DNA from: Prochlorococcus sp. AG-418-G18
Lineage (GTDB): Bacteria; Cyanobacteriota; Cyanobacteriia; PCC-6307; Cyanobiaceae
DNA length: 64,000 nucleotides
Direction: 5' to 3'
Assembly: GCA_003214215.1 (NCBI GenBank)
Contig: QCLX01000001.1
Span: 96,026-160,025 of the forward strand
The position numbers were made by a program, and so were the translations under genes. The notes beneath the pieces were generated by a model. That model saw only the letters and a program-made list of their open reading frames with translations. It ran no database searches and was not told the origin of the DNA. This document shows positions 11,056 to 22,038 of the stretch, piece after piece (position 1 is the stretch's first letter; each line of letters begins with the position of its first letter).

Positions 11056-12174
11056 GTGTTTGAATTTGAAATTACATCGAATTGCAGTAATACAGGGGCA
11101 AGAACTGGTATTTTTCATACACCAAATGGTCAGGTAAATACACCAAAATTTATGCCTGTAGGTACATTGGCAACTGTTAAAGGAATATCATCTAAACAGT
11201 TAACCTCTACAGGGTCAGAAATGATTCTCTCAAATACCTTTCATCTTCATTTACAACCGGGAGAAAAACTAGTTAAAGAATCTGGCGGAATACATAAGTT
11301 CATGAATTGGACTAAGCCTATTCTTACTGATTCAGGCGGATATCAAGTTTTTAGTTTGGCCAAACTAAATAATATTTCTGATAAAGGTGTGGAATTTAAA
11401 AATCCAAGAGATGGTAGTCATGTATTTTTATCACCTGAAAAAGTAATACAGATTCAAATGGATCTTGGATCGGATGTAGCGATGGCTTTTGATCATTGTC
11501 CTCCGCATACAGCTAACGAAAATGATATTCACGACTCTTTACAAAGAACTCATTTATGGTTGCAAAAATGTGTTGAGACTCATCAGAAATCTAATCAAGC
11601 ATTATTCGGCATAGTTCAAGGTGGAAAGTACCCGAGATTAAGAGAATATAGCGCAGAATATACAAGTTCTTTTGATCTGCCTGGCATAGCAGTGGGGGGT
11701 GTAAGTGTTGGCGAGGCAGTCGAAGAAATACATAGTGTAATTAATTACGTCCCGAAATTCTTACCAATAAATAAACCAAGATATTTAATGGGAATTGGCT
11801 CTTTAAGAGAAATTTCTTTAGCTGTTGCTAATGGATTCGATATATTTGACTGTGTTTTGCCTACAAGACTAGGAAGACATGGGACTGCATTTTTTAATGA
11901 TGAAAGATTGAACTTGCGAAATGCTCGATTTAAAAATGACTTTTCTCCTATTGACAAAACTTGTAAATGCGAGACTTGTAAATCCTATTCTCGAGCATAT
12001 TTGCATCATCTAATTAGAAATGACGAAATATTAGGCCTAACCCTCATAAGTTTGCATAATATTGCTCACTTAATAAGATTTACCAATGCAATTTCTACTG
12101 CAATTAGAGATAATTGTTTTACAAATGATTTCGCTCCTTGGAAAACATCCTCTATTGCTCACCATACGTGGTAA
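11056..12174 (+). CDS. tgt: tRNA-guanine transglycosylase
   Basis: [28 protein letters not shown], CxCxxC Zn site. Confidence 0.97.
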   Translation: MFEFEITSNCSNTGARTGIFHTPNGQVNTPKFMPVGTLATVKGISSKQLTSTGSEMILSNTFHLHLQPGEKLVKESGGIHKFMNWTKPILTDSGGYQVFSLAKLNNISDKGVEFKNPRDGSHVFLSPEKVIQIQMDLGSDVAMAFDHCPPHTANENDIHDSLQRTHLWLQKCVETHQKSNQALFGIVQGGKYPRLREYSAEYTSSFDLPGIAVGGVSVGEAVEEIHSVINYVPKFLPINKPRYLMGIGSLREISLAVANGFDIFDCVLPTRLGRHGTAFFNDERLNLRNARFKNDFSPIDKTCKCETCKSYSRAYLHHLIRNDEILGLTLISLHNIAHLIRFTNAISTAIRDNCFTNDFAPWKTSSIAHHTW

Positions 12175-12207
12175 CGTCTTATCATAATTAATTAAATTAT
12201 TAAAAAG

Positions 12208-12348
12208 GTGCTCATTCTATTTAATACATTCGCTGAATTACCTGAGGCTTACAAGGCCTTTGCTCCAACGGTTGATGTTCTTCCACTTATTCCTTTATTT
12301 TTCTTTTTATTGGTATTTGTTTGGCAAGCTGCAGTTGGATTTAAATAA
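12208..12348 (+). CDS. psbK: Photosystem II protein K (not in ORF track)
   Basis: Hand translation from GTG: [46 protein letters not shown]. Confidence 0.97.
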
Positions 12349-12374
12349 AATTCTTTTAGTTTAGATTGTTAGTA

Positions 12375-13379
12375 TTAGAAGGGATTTTCAAGTAAAATTG
12401 CATCTCCAGAATTATCTACAGCACTTTCTATAAAATCAGCAATTTTTAATGCTCTTGAGGCTTGCTCACCATCTACCTCAGGCATTTCTTTTCCCTGAAC
12501 GCATTTAAGAAAATGCTCCAGTTCTGCATAAAGAGGTTCAATGGAGGTTGTGCTAACTTCTTCGACATATCCATCATTTCTATAAACTAATTCTCCATGC
12601 TCTGCAGTGTATGATTCATGAGATTTTCTATGGATTTGTAAAGAGTGATTTAAGAAATCAGTTTCTACTAGACCATTTTGGCAGTGAGCACTTAAATTTC
12701 TAATTTTTTTATGACTCATTTTGCTGGCAGTTAAGCTTGCAATAACATTATTTTTAAAAACTAAAGTAGCATTAACATAATCTATTAATCCTTCGCTATT
12801 CCTTCCTCCAACAGCTGCTAATTTTTGTATTTTTGAGTTTACAAGCTCTAAAATAAGATCAATGTCATGAATCATTAAATCCATTACTACAGATACATCA
12901 TTTGCTCTGTCCGCATGAGGACTATGCCTCCTTGCTTCTAAAACAACAATTTCTTCATTATTTACTATTTTATTTAATTCTCTAAAAGCAGGATTAAATC
13001 TTTCAATATGTCCAACTTGTAATAGACATTTACTTGCATTAGCGGCCTCTATTAAGGATTTTGCCTCCAACTCATTAGCTGCAATTGGTTTTTCAATGAG
13101 AACGTTAGTACCTCCATTCAGACAATCTAGTCCTACCTTATGATGAAGTAGTGTAGGGACAGCGATACAAATGGCATCAACTTTTGGAATTAAGTCTTTA
13201 TAGTCTTTGAACCATTCACATTGAAATTGTTCAATAGCTAATTTACCTCTCTCTTCATTTGGATCTGCTACTCCAATGAGATTTGCATCTTTGAGTAAAC
13301 TTAGTACTCGAGCATGATGCCAGCCCATATTACCTATACCTATGACTCCAACCTTTACGGGTGATGAGGTTGGTTGCAT
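12375..13379 (-). CDS. Gfo/Idh/MocA family oxidoreductase
   Basis: GVIGIGNMG Rossmann motif, EKP, GHIERFNP, DLMIHDID. Confidence 0.92.
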   Translation of the reverse strand: MQPTSSPVKVGVIGIGNMGWHHARVLSLLKDANLIGVADPNEERGKLAIEQFQCEWFKDYKDLIPKVDAICIAVPTLLHHKVGLDCLNGGTNVLIEKPIAANELEAKSLIEAANASKCLLQVGHIERFNPAFRELNKIVNNEEIVVLEARRHSPHADRANDVSVVMDLMIHDIDLILELVNSKIQKLAAVGGRNSEGLIDYVNATLVFKNNVIASLTASKMSHKKIRNLSAHCQNGLVETDFLNHSLQIHRKSHESYTAEHGELVYRNDGYVEEVSTTSIEPLYAELEHFLKCVQGKEMPEVDGEQASRALKIADFIESAVDNSGDAILLENPF

Positions 13380-13429
13380 AATTTTAAATCCATGTATTTA
13401 TAATAATTATCCTCCATGGCGAGCCACAT

Positions 13430-14698
13430 TTAGCTTTTGGGAAGAATTATTTTAACACGATCAATTTTTGGACCTGACATAGAAATAACTTCAAATTTAA
13501 TGGTATTAAAATCTAAAACGTCCCCAATTTTTGGAACCATTTGAAATTTTTCTAGCAGAAATCCAGCAAGAGTATGATAATCTGAGCCTTCTGGAATGGA
13601 ACATCCTAACTTCTTATTTATATCAATAATTTCTGATTTTCCAGCTATTGACCAGTTTTTAGAGAAATTATCTAACATTCTCATGTCTGAATAAATTCTA
13701 TTATTGAGCATTTCCTCTCCAACTATTTCGCCATTTAGATCAGCTGCAGTTATGAGCCCCTCTGTTCCACCGTGTTCATCAACTACTAGTAAGAAAGGAT
13801 TGTAGTCTCTTACTATTGGAAATATTTCTGCTAATGAACATGTTTCTATGATTTTTGTTACTGGTAAAAGAAACGGCTCTAACAATGTATTGGCTTCCAT
13901 TTCACCTTTTGAAATTGGCTTGGCTAGATAACGCAAATCTAATACACCTAATACATCATCTAAAGACTCACCAATCACAAAGAAGCGAGCATGGCGAGTT
14001 TTATCAACTTGTTTCATAAGTTCTGAAAAGGTTATATTTTTTGGCAAAGTTACCATTTCAGATCTTGGAATCATTACTTCTTGAACTTGTGTATCTTTTA
14101 AAGCAAAAACTCCTTCAAGAATATTTTTCTCATCTGGTTTTAAACCTGTTACATTATCAGTCTCTATAAGAGTTTCTAATTCTCCTGCAGATAAATCAGA
14201 GTTTAAAGAATCCCATTTGTTATTTAAATTGAATAAGCCTAAACAAGCGCTAGCAAAGAATTCTATTGTCTTAACTATAGGATTCATACCTTTTCTTACG
14301 GCATCGAATATTGTGGTTAACTTTAATGCAGCAGATTCTGGATTGTTAATTACTAAGGCTTTTGGAATTAGTCCAGAAACAAGTGTAACAACTAAAACAA
14401 CAAATAAAAATAATAGAAGATCATAAAATCTATTTGACAAAATATTGCTTTTCCAATAATCATTAGCCAGGTTGTTGCTGAGCCATCCAATTGCAATTAA
14501 TGAAATTGTTACTCCAAATTGAGAAGCAATTAATGAAGATCTAAAGCGTTTTTGAATTTTTAAAATAGAAAATGCCCCTTTCTTTTTTTCTTCTATTAAC
14601 CTTAAAACTTTACTTGGCCTAATTAATAAAAAAGAGAGTTCACTCGCTGCGAAAAAAGCTGGTAAAAATAAAAGAAATAAAAGTAGAGTTATTTTCAT
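13430..14698 (-). CDS. Hemolysin-like CNNM/CBS/CorC domain protein
   Basis: N-terminal TM segments, VMIPR, VVDEHGGTEG, TLAGF. Confidence 0.88.
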   Translation of the reverse strand: MKITLLLFLLFLPAFFAASELSFLLIRPSKVLRLIEEKKKGAFSILKIQKRFRSSLIASQFGVTISLIAIGWLSNNLANDYWKSNILSNRFYDLLLFLFVVLVVTLVSGLIPKALVINNPESAALKLTTIFDAVRKGMNPIVKTIEFFASACLGLFNLNNKWDSLNSDLSAGELETLIETDNVTGLKPDEKNILEGVFALKDTQVQEVMIPRSEMVTLPKNITFSELMKQVDKTRHARFFVIGESLDDVLGVLDLRYLAKPISKGEMEANTLLEPFLLPVTKIIETCSLAEIFPIVRDYNPFLLVVDEHGGTEGLITAADLNGEIVGEEMLNNRIYSDMRMLDNFSKNWSIAGKSEIIDINKKLGCSIPEGSDYHTLAGFLLEKFQMVPKIGDVLDFNTIKFEVISMSGPKIDRVKIILPKS

Positions 14699-14716
14699 TC
14701 AATGACAAATGAATAA

Positions 14717-14789
14717 TGGGGGTGGCGAGGATCGAACTCGCCTTAGCCAAATTATGAGTTTGGTGCATTCACCAGATTGCTACACCCCC
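14717..14789 (-). tRNA. trnI: tRNA with CAU anticodon, probably tRNA-Ile2 (lysidine type); Met not excluded
   Basis: Reverse complement GGGGGTGTAGCAATCTGGTGAATGCACCAAACTCATAATTTGGCTAAGGCGAGTTCGATCCTCGCCACCCCCA folds into a cloverleaf; anticodon arm resembles trnI-CAU; CCA not encoded. Confidence 0.85.
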
Positions 14790-14931
14790 AAGGGAATCTA
14801 TGTAATTTTAATTACATAGAATTTCAATATACAATATAAAAATAATATTTCAAAAAACACCTCATTAGGAAGTTTTTGTGAGATTTCTTTTTTTTCTTCT
14901 AATCTTTAAAATATAAATTTAACTTTTACTA

Positions 14932-15492
14932 ATGGCCAAATTCTCGGATAAGTATGATTTAAATAAAGCAAAATTGTTAAAACAGTTAATTGAAAAATCT
15001 TACAAGAAAGGAAACTTCACTTTATCTTCAGGGAAAAAAAGTAGTCATTACTTGAACTGTAAACCAGTTTCATTAAATGGCGAAGGATTAAACTTAATAA
15101 GTGATTTATTTTTAGAGTTAAAGGACTCAAGGTCAAAAGCCGTAGCAGGATTGACATTAGGTGCAGACCCTATAGTAAGTGGATTAATTGTCAAAGCAGC
15201 TTTGCATGGCCTAGACCTTGATGGTTTAATAATTCGGAAAGAAATTAAAAAATACGGTACCAAAGCTGGAATAGAGGGCCCTACATTAGAAGAAGGAACT
15301 TTGGTAACTGTTTTAGAGGATGTCGTTACAACTGCTGGTTCAGTTATAAAAGCTATAAAAAAGTTGCGCGAAAATAATTATGTTGTTGAAGAAGTTTTGT
15401 CTATAGTTGATAGGCAAGAAGGCGGATTAGAAGCCCTTGAAGATGAAAATGTTCAATTAAAGAGTCTTTTTACAATAAAAGACTTTTTATAA
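14932..15492 (+). CDS. pyrE: Orotate phosphoribosyltransferase
   Basis: [24 protein letters not shown]-binding motif. Confidence 0.96.
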   Translation: MAKFSDKYDLNKAKLLKQLIEKSYKKGNFTLSSGKKSSHYLNCKPVSLNGEGLNLISDLFLELKDSRSKAVAGLTLGADPIVSGLIVKAALHGLDLDGLIIRKEIKKYGTKAGIEGPTLEEGTLVTVLEDVVTTAGSVIKAIKKLRENNYVVEEVLSIVDRQEGGLEALEDENVQLKSLFTIKDFL

Positions 15493-15502
15493 TTATTTCA
15501 AA

Positions 15503-16339
15503 ATGCAAGATATAAAGAAAAAGTTTTGGCTTGAAAAATTTGATTGTTTTTCTATTACTGGAAAAGATGCCAGAAAATTTTTGAATGGAATAACAACTGG
15601 TAATATTCTTGATTCAGAAAATAAAGTTATCAAAACTTGTTGGTTAACTCCAAATGGAGTTCTAAGGTCATTAATTGAAATTATTTTTTTAGAAAGAAAC
15701 TTAGAATTGATTGTTTTGGCGGGTAACACTAATGAAATAATTGATTACTTTAATCAAATTATTTTTCCAGCGGATGATGTATTTCTAAGTGAACCTTTCT
15801 TGATAAATAGAATTCAGGAAATTGATGAATCTAGTTCATGGAGAACTTACCAGCCGATTTTCTTCAAAACAGAAGATAAAGAATTTCAAATATATAAAAA
15901 TAAACTAAATTTAATAAATCCCAATGATTTAAAACTTTGGAAGATTAATCAGGCAATACCGTCATTAGAAATGGAAATAAACGGAAAAAATAATCCTCTT
16001 GAGCTTGGATTAAAAGATCTTATAGATTTTAATAAAGGTTGTTATTTAGGGCAAGAAACAATGTCAAAAATAAAAAATGTTTCTTCTTTAAAACAGGAAA
16101 TAAGAATTTGGAAATCATTTAAATCTGATTTGAATTTAGACGTTGAAGATAAAAATTTATATATAAATTCTGCCAAGGATATTTCTGTAGGCAAAATCAC
16201 TAGTTTTTCTAAATCAGATTCTCAAATAAAAGGTTTAGCAATGATAAAAAGAAAATATTTAGAGGAAGGAAGTTATTTTTTTTCAGAAATTTTTGGAAAA
16301 ATTATTATTAATAAATCTGTAGGATCAATTTTTCTTTGA
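15503..16339 (+). CDS. ygfZ: Folate-binding protein YgfZ
   Basis: G.DA..FL.G.TT and signature KGCYLGQE. Confidence 0.92.
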   Translation: MQDIKKKFWLEKFDCFSITGKDARKFLNGITTGNILDSENKVIKTCWLTPNGVLRSLIEIIFLERNLELIVLAGNTNEIIDYFNQIIFPADDVFLSEPFLINRIQEIDESSSWRTYQPIFFKTEDKEFQIYKNKLNLINPNDLKLWKINQAIPSLEMEINGKNNPLELGLKDLIDFNKGCYLGQETMSKIKNVSSLKQEIRIWKSFKSDLNLDVEDKNLYINSAKDISVGKITSFSKSDSQIKGLAMIKRKYLEEGSYFFSEIFGKIIINKSVGSIFL

Positions 16340-17740
16340 TTGATTTTTGATTAAATATTCTGCAATTTTTAGAGTAGCCAAACAATCATCTTTGTTATAT
16401 TGGATAATTTTTTTTAAAAATTTTTCGTTTTCTGTAATTTGATATTGAATCCACCAATAAAGAGCTTTCGAGCCACTTACATTTTTCTGCATCCATTCAA
16501 ATCCAAGCCAATTAGAAACAGTTTTTAAGCCATAGTTTTTTAGTGGTAATATCCAAGACTTTCGTATTAAGGTATGTAAGTCTATAAATCTTGAGGCAAG
16601 TAAATCAATTTCTTCAAAACCTAAATTTAGGTTTTTAGCAATATTAATTATTGCTATCTTTTCAGTTTCTCCGTAATGTAAAACTGGCCATTCCTTCTTT
16701 GAAGAAAGTATTTCAATAATTTTTCTGTAAGATTCTCCTTTATTGTTTTTGAGATTTAAAATTGGTTTATAAATAAGATCTTCTTTTTTTGCAAACAAAT
16801 TATTTATTTTTAAAAAACCATATAAAAAGTCATGCTTATGATCTGGATTTGACTCAATATCAAATATATAAAATCCCGAACATGTTTTTTCTAGTAGATC
16901 GTTATTATCATTATTAAAAATGCGATATGGTTCCTTAGAAATATAAGCTTGTGCTTGCTTTACAAATAAGGACGCTTTTTCATACTTCTGATCGTTAAAT
17001 TTAGATAATTTATCTCCAAGTTGTTTTTCGTTATACGAAGCTAATATTTGGGTATCAAATATTCCATTTGTTATGAGTAATGAGGCCGTTTTGGATCCTA
17101 TTCCATCTATATCTGTTAGATATCCATTTTCTTTTGCTTCTTTGTCACAAAACCTTTGCCAGGAACAAATAGTACATTTTTTTCTATCTTGAGTTATTTC
17201 TGGCATAAATCCCTCAAAGCATTCATTCAAACTTAATAAAACATTCAAAACTTTTTTTCTTAATTTTTTATTTAAATAAATTTCTTCAACATTAATTTTC
17301 TTATTAAAGCGGGAAATTACTAATCCTTTCTCAATTTTAGATTCTTGAAAAGATTCCAAGAGCATAGAACTAAAAGCTAAGTCTAATAAATGTTCTTTAG
17401 TGGTTTTGTGGCCTAACTTATAAACAGCAGGTAAATATTTATAACGTCCCCATTTACTTTTACCTTTAGTCTTTACAAGTAATTGTGGACGTATCTCTGC
17501 GTTAATATTTTGGAAAAGATTCCCTTTGATTTTTAATCCAATTACCCCTTGATATCCATTTTCACAGGCTTTTAATCCTGTATATAATTCACTATTACAA
17601 AATTCAGAGAAAATTTGAAACTGATTAATTTTATCTATAGCTTTATGGGGAGACCAAACTTCATAAGATTTTTTACCCTTAAAATCTAGCCATGCTTTTC
17701 TTTTGCATCTTGCAAAACTTTTTAAATGAAGAGAATTCAA
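16325..17740 (-). CDS. TM0106 family RecB-like putative nuclease
   Basis: CKRKAWLD, CTICSW..FC, HhH GIG, RNase H-like FDIES..YNKDDC. Confidence 0.85.
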   Translation of the reverse strand: MNSLHLKSFARCKRKAWLDFKGKKSYEVWSPHKAIDKINQFQIFSEFCNSELYTGLKACENGYQGVIGLKIKGNLFQNINAEIRPQLLVKTKGKSKWGRYKYLPAVYKLGHKTTKEHLLDLAFSSMLLESFQESKIEKGLVISRFNKKINVEEIYLNKKLRKKVLNVLLSLNECFEGFMPEITQDRKKCTICSWQRFCDKEAKENGYLTDIDGIGSKTASLLITNGIFDTQILASYNEKQLGDKLSKFNDQKYEKASLFVKQAQAYISKEPYRIFNNDNNDLLEKTCSGFYIFDIESNPDHKHDFLYGFLKINNLFAKKEDLIYKPILNLKNNKGESYRKIIEILSSKKEWPVLHYGETEKIAIINIAKNLNLGFEEIDLLASRFIDLHTLIRKSWILPLKNYGLKTVSNWLGFEWMQKNVSGSKALYWWIQYQITENEKFLKKIIQYNKDDCLATLKIAEYLIKNQSKKN

Positions 17741-17820
17741 ATTATTTTTTAAGGGCGGTTTTAAAATTTACTCATATAAATTAGTATAGATAATTAGAGG
17801 AAATCAAGGAAATTTTAAAT

Positions 17821-19275
17821 TTGACAGCTGATAAAATAGATAAGATAAAATTTGGAACTGATGGGTGGAGAGGAATCATTGGTTTTGACTTTAACCTGTC
17901 CAATCTTTCAAGAGTTGTTGTTGCTGCATGCCAGGAGTTACATTATCAATACTATAAAGAAGTTAATTCAAAGAAAATTATTATTGGATATGATCGTAGA
18001 TTTATGGCTTGTGAATTTGCCAAGCAAATAGTGCCTTTCGTAAGAGGATGTGGTTTCGAACCGATTTTATCTAATGGCTTTGTTACAACACCCTCTTGTA
18101 GTTTCTATGCCAAAGAAGTCGGTTGTCTTGGAGCGTTAGTAATTACAGCAAGTCATAATCCATATAATTGGCTAGGTCTGAAAATAAAGAGCTTTAATGG
18201 ATGTTCTGTTGACGAATCTTTTACAAATGAAATTGAAAAAAGATTAATGCTTGGAAATTCGATTGAAAAAATAGATGGTGTTAATCACTTGGTAGATATT
18301 AAGAAATTTCATTTAGATAGAATTAAATCCCTTTTTGATATTGACTTTATTTCTAATAGATTGAAAAAAATGAAATTGAGAATTTTTGTAGATTCTATGC
18401 ATGGTTCAGCTGCAAATTGCATGGCTGAGATTTTTGCTTCTAATGATTTAGAAGTTATTTCAGAAATAAGGAAAGATTCTGATCCTTTTTTTGGAGGAAA
18501 ACCTCCTGAACCTCTTTTAAATTATATAGATGATCTAAATCAAATACTTATGAAAAATTCAACAAATGAATTTAAAACTCTAGGAATTATATTTGATGGT
18601 GATGGTGATAGAATTGCGGCAATCGATGAAAAAGGAAGATACTCTAGTACTCAAGATTTACTCCCATACTTTATTAGCTATTTGGGCGAAATTAAAAATA
18701 ATTCTTATCCAGTTTTAAAGACTGTTAGTGGTTCAGATATTATTAAAAATATATCAGAGAGTCAAAATAGAGATGTTATTGAACTTCCAGTTGGCTTTAA
18801 ATATATTGCTGAAAAAATGGTTAAAGAGAAAATATTTATTGGAGGAGAGGAATCTGGGGGAGTTGGTTTTGGTGACTTTATGCCTGAAAGAGATGCTTTA
18901 TATGCAGCGATGGTTTTATTAAATGGAATTGCTGAAAAATCTCAATATTTATATAAAACCTTAGATGAAATTCAAAAAGATTTTGGGCCAAGTTTTTATA
19001 AAAGAATTGATATTAAATTTCCAAATCAGTCAGAAAAAAATAACGTAAAAGAATTTATTAAAGATAATATTCCTGAGAATATTAATAATCACAAGTTAAA
19101 AAGTATCTCAAAGATCGATGGAATAAAGTTGAGAATTGATAAAAATTTTTGGCTTCTTTTTAGGTTTTCAGGAACGGAACCTCTTTTAAGGTTATATTGT
19201 GAAGCACCAAAAGAATCTTATTTAGATCAATTATTAGAGTGGGGTCAAGAATTTATAAATTTGGCAGGAAAATAA
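17821..19275 (+). CDS. Phosphoglucomutase/phosphomannomutase family protein
   Basis: FGTDGWRG, TASHNP, DGDGDR, GGEESGG, RFSGTEP. Confidence 0.95.
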   Translation: MTADKIDKIKFGTDGWRGIIGFDFNLSNLSRVVVAACQELHYQYYKEVNSKKIIIGYDRRFMACEFAKQIVPFVRGCGFEPILSNGFVTTPSCSFYAKEVGCLGALVITASHNPYNWLGLKIKSFNGCSVDESFTNEIEKRLMLGNSIEKIDGVNHLVDIKKFHLDRIKSLFDIDFISNRLKKMKLRIFVDSMHGSAANCMAEIFASNDLEVISEIRKDSDPFFGGKPPEPLLNYIDDLNQILMKNSTNEFKTLGIIFDGDGDRIAAIDEKGRYSSTQDLLPYFISYLGEIKNNSYPVLKTVSGSDIIKNISESQNRDVIELPVGFKYIAEKMVKEKIFIGGEESGGVGFGDFMPERDALYAAMVLLNGIAEKSQYLYKTLDEIQKDFGPSFYKRIDIKFPNQSEKNNVKEFIKDNIPENINNHKLKSISKIDGIKLRIDKNFWLLFRFSGTEPLLRLYCEAPKESYLDQLLEWGQEFINLAGK

Positions 19276-19277
19276 GG

Positions 19278-19853
19278 ATGAAAAATTTATTTTTAGCGAG
19301 TAAGAATAAAGGTAAAATTGAAGAATATAAGAAATTGCTTGCAGGAGTAAATTGTAAATTGTTGCTCCAGCCAGAATCATTAGAAGTTGAAGAGGATGGA
19401 CTGACATTTAGAGATAATGCAATTAAAAAAGCGAGTGAAGTTTCGAGAAAAACGAATAATTTTTCAATAGCAGATGATTCAGGAATTTGTATTGAAGCAC
19501 TAGGTGGTAAGCCTGGCATTTACTCATCTAGATATGCAGAAAATGATCAGAAGAGAATTGAACGAGTTTTAAGAGAACTTGATGGAGTTCAAAATAGAAG
19601 TGCTTTTTTTATTGCCAATATTTGTGTTTGTTCCCCAAATGGTGAAGTGATTATTGAATCTGAGGCCAAATGTCATGGCAATATTATCTTAAACCCCAGA
19701 GGAAAAAGTGGTTTTGGGTATGACCCAATTTTTGAGGAGAGTTCTACCAGATTTACTTTCGCAGAAATGAATAATGATATTAAAGACTCTTGTAGTCATA
19801 GAGGTAAAGCATTAAAAAAAATTATTCCAGATTTAATTGAAATTTTTTCTTAA
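19278..19853 (+). CDS. rdgB: Non-canonical purine NTP pyrophosphatase (RdgB/HAM1)
   Basis: ADDSG, GFGYDPIF, SHRGKA; start placed at ATG 19278. Confidence 0.94.
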   Translation: MKNLFLASKNKGKIEEYKKLLAGVNCKLLLQPESLEVEEDGLTFRDNAIKKASEVSRKTNNFSIADDSGICIEALGGKPGIYSSRYAENDQKRIERVLRELDGVQNRSAFFIANICVCSPNGEVIIESEAKCHGNIILNPRGKSGFGYDPIFEESSTRFTFAEMNNDIKDSCSHRGKALKKIIPDLIEIFS

Positions 19854-19855
19854 AT

Positions 19856-21379
19856 TCAATTAACCCAAGATCCATGAAGGCCATGAGGAATTGAAATGGG
19901 TAATTCATAAACAGCTAATTCTTTTAAGTCTTTTGCGTCTAATATCACTAAATCGCTTCCTCTTCTTTCTCCGTTCCATAGAAGTATAAATAAAAATCCC
20001 TCATCTTCTTTTGAAGAGTTTTCTGATGGAACCATAATTGGTTCACTAACAAATCCACTTGGACCTGCTGACCAAAAAATCTCTTCCTTAGAAGTTAAAT
20101 TTATTTTTTTTATTGCTTGAAGTGGAGCGTTCCCTAGCTTTTGAGATGTGCTTGCCATCCAACTAAAAGTTGCTTTTAATCCTAAGTTTTTAGGATTAAC
20201 AACAGCAAATTCACAACATTGTTCACTGAAAGTTTTAAGTTCACAAGTTTTTGTCTTTAGATCGATAATTGATCTTTTCAGTTTTCCTTCTGGATATTTA
20301 TCAAAGTCAATATCCCTAAAATTCTCGTCTGGACCAACTGATGGGAAATCATCATAAAAAATACTATCTAAGACGATTTTAGAATCTTTTTCAAATGCGT
20401 TTAAATGATGAAAAACGAATCCTTCTGGAGCATCTATTGTTAAAGGAGGCTGTCCTCTAAATAATCCACTTTCTCTGGGGATGATAAAAAACTTTGCCTT
20501 TTTATTTGGGTTTGACTTTAGACATTGTGCGGCTCCTCTTTGACCCATTACAAATGGAAGAGGATTGAAATCAATAGCATTCTGTAAAAATATTGCCCAA
20601 TTAGTTGTAATTGCGAAATCATGAAGGAATGCAAAGCCATTAAAGGTATCTTTTCTGTCAAAAATGAGCTCTCCAGAATTCGTACCAGCATTATCAAATT
20701 CCATTAATCTAATGGTACTTTTTGGCCCGGTTTGTACTCCAAAAGTGACTAAAAGTTCTGAAGATGCATTTGAGTTTAGGTCTGTTTTGGGATGAGCACT
20801 GAATGCTTCGTTAGGCTTGAGTACTCCTTTTAATGTTGTTAAACCAATAGTGTCAAGACTATCAGGATCCATTGCATGTGGACCTGCTGCTTCCCATAAT
20901 GCGAGGATTTCATCTCCTAATTTAATGACATGTGTATTAGCGATATTCTTGAATTTAAGATCTAATGCATTATTTAAAATTCCTCCATTTTTTTGTGTCC
21001 CAAAAACACCTCTATAAATAAATTTATCTATTTTTTCTTCTTCCAAATAGCCTTTGGTTTTAACAAATCTATTTGTTAAGAATGGCTGACCATTTTCGAA
21101 TTTTATGGATGTTATCATCCCATCACCATCAAATGGATGATGAACCCATTGTCCACCTCTCTCTAATATCCCTGGTCCATTTCTTAATAATGTTCCATTT
21201 AAATTTTTAATATTATTACCTTTGCTAATTTTTAGAGGCTCTTTAGTTAGCTCCTTTTCTACATTTTGATAAGCACTTGACCAATCTTCTTTTTTAAAAA
21301 TATTAAATTTATCAATTTTTTTATCTTGTAAATTAGTCACAACAAAATAATCACTCTGTCTATCTTCGCCAAAAATCAA
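19856..21379 (-). CDS. Carotenoid cleavage dioxygenase (RPE65 family)
   Basis: RNGPG, HPFDGDG, AHPK, HDF, SEP, IPHGLHG; true start may be GTG 21340. Confidence 0.93.
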   Translation of the reverse strand: MIFGEDRQSDYFVVTNLQDKKIDKFNIFKKEDWSSAYQNVEKELTKEPLKISKGNNIKNLNGTLLRNGPGILERGGQWVHHPFDGDGMITSIKFENGQPFLTNRFVKTKGYLEEEKIDKFIYRGVFGTQKNGGILNNALDLKFKNIANTHVIKLGDEILALWEAAGPHAMDPDSLDTIGLTTLKGVLKPNEAFSAHPKTDLNSNASSELLVTFGVQTGPKSTIRLMEFDNAGTNSGELIFDRKDTFNGFAFLHDFAITTNWAIFLQNAIDFNPLPFVMGQRGAAQCLKSNPNKKAKFFIIPRESGLFRGQPPLTIDAPEGFVFHHLNAFEKDSKIVLDSIFYDDFPSVGPDENFRDIDFDKYPEGKLKRSIIDLKTKTCELKTFSEQCCEFAVVNPKNLGLKATFSWMASTSQKLGNAPLQAIKKINLTSKEEIFWSAGPSGFVSEPIMVPSENSSKEDEGFLFILLWNGERRGSDLVILDAKDLKELAVYELPISIPHGLHGSWVN

Positions 21380-21412
21380 CTGAATTGTGGCTGATTCGAA
21401 AAAATTCCTATT

Positions 21413-22018
21413 TTATTGTTTTTCTAACATTCCTTTACTGCTTGGGATTGAATCAGATCTTCTTGGATCTATCTCGGTAGCCATTCTCATTGCTCTTGAA
21501 AAAGCTTTAAAGCACGCCTCAACTATGTGATGTGAATTACTTCCTCGTATTTGATTAATATGCAGAGTAATACCGCTGTTATTTACAAAGGCAATAAAAA
21601 ACTCTCTTACTAATTCAGTATCATAATTTCCTATTCTAGGGGCTTTTAATTGAAGATCATAAGATAGATGGGGTCTACCAGAGCAGTCTAAAGTGACTTG
21701 AACTAATGCTTCATCTAATGGGGCAAAGAAATGGCCAAATCTGCTTATTCCTTTTCTTTCTCCCAAGGCTTTCGAAAATGCTTTGCCTAATGCGATTCCT
21801 ACATCTTCATTCGTATGATGATCATCAATATGGGTATCTCCAATTGCTTTTATTTTTAAATCGAACAAACCATGACTGGATATTTGATGAAGCATATGAT
21901 CTAAGAATGGTATCCCGGTATCAATCTCAGAAATTCCATTTCCATCTAAGTTTATAAATACAGAAATATCTGTTTCATTCGTTTTTCTTTTTATTTCAGA
22001 TTGCCTTAGAGATGACAT
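21413..22018 (-). CDS. hisB: Imidazoleglycerol-phosphate dehydratase
   Basis: [29 protein letters not shown]. Confidence 0.98.
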   Translation of the reverse strand: MSSLRQSEIKRKTNETDISVFINLDGNGISEIDTGIPFLDHMLHQISSHGLFDLKIKAIGDTHIDDHHTNEDVGIALGKAFSKALGERKGISRFGHFFAPLDEALVQVTLDCSGRPHLSYDLQLKAPRIGNYDTELVREFFIAFVNNSGITLHINQIRGSNSHHIVEACFKAFSRAMRMATEIDPRRSDSIPSSKGMLEKQ

Positions 22019-22038
22019 TTTTATGCAAAAAACTTAGT

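Noticed and set aside
14690-14720. Integration scars at tRNA-Ile (and at tRNA-Thr, near 56083)
   Set aside because: No duplicated 3' ends were seen and the flanks are ordinary core genes.
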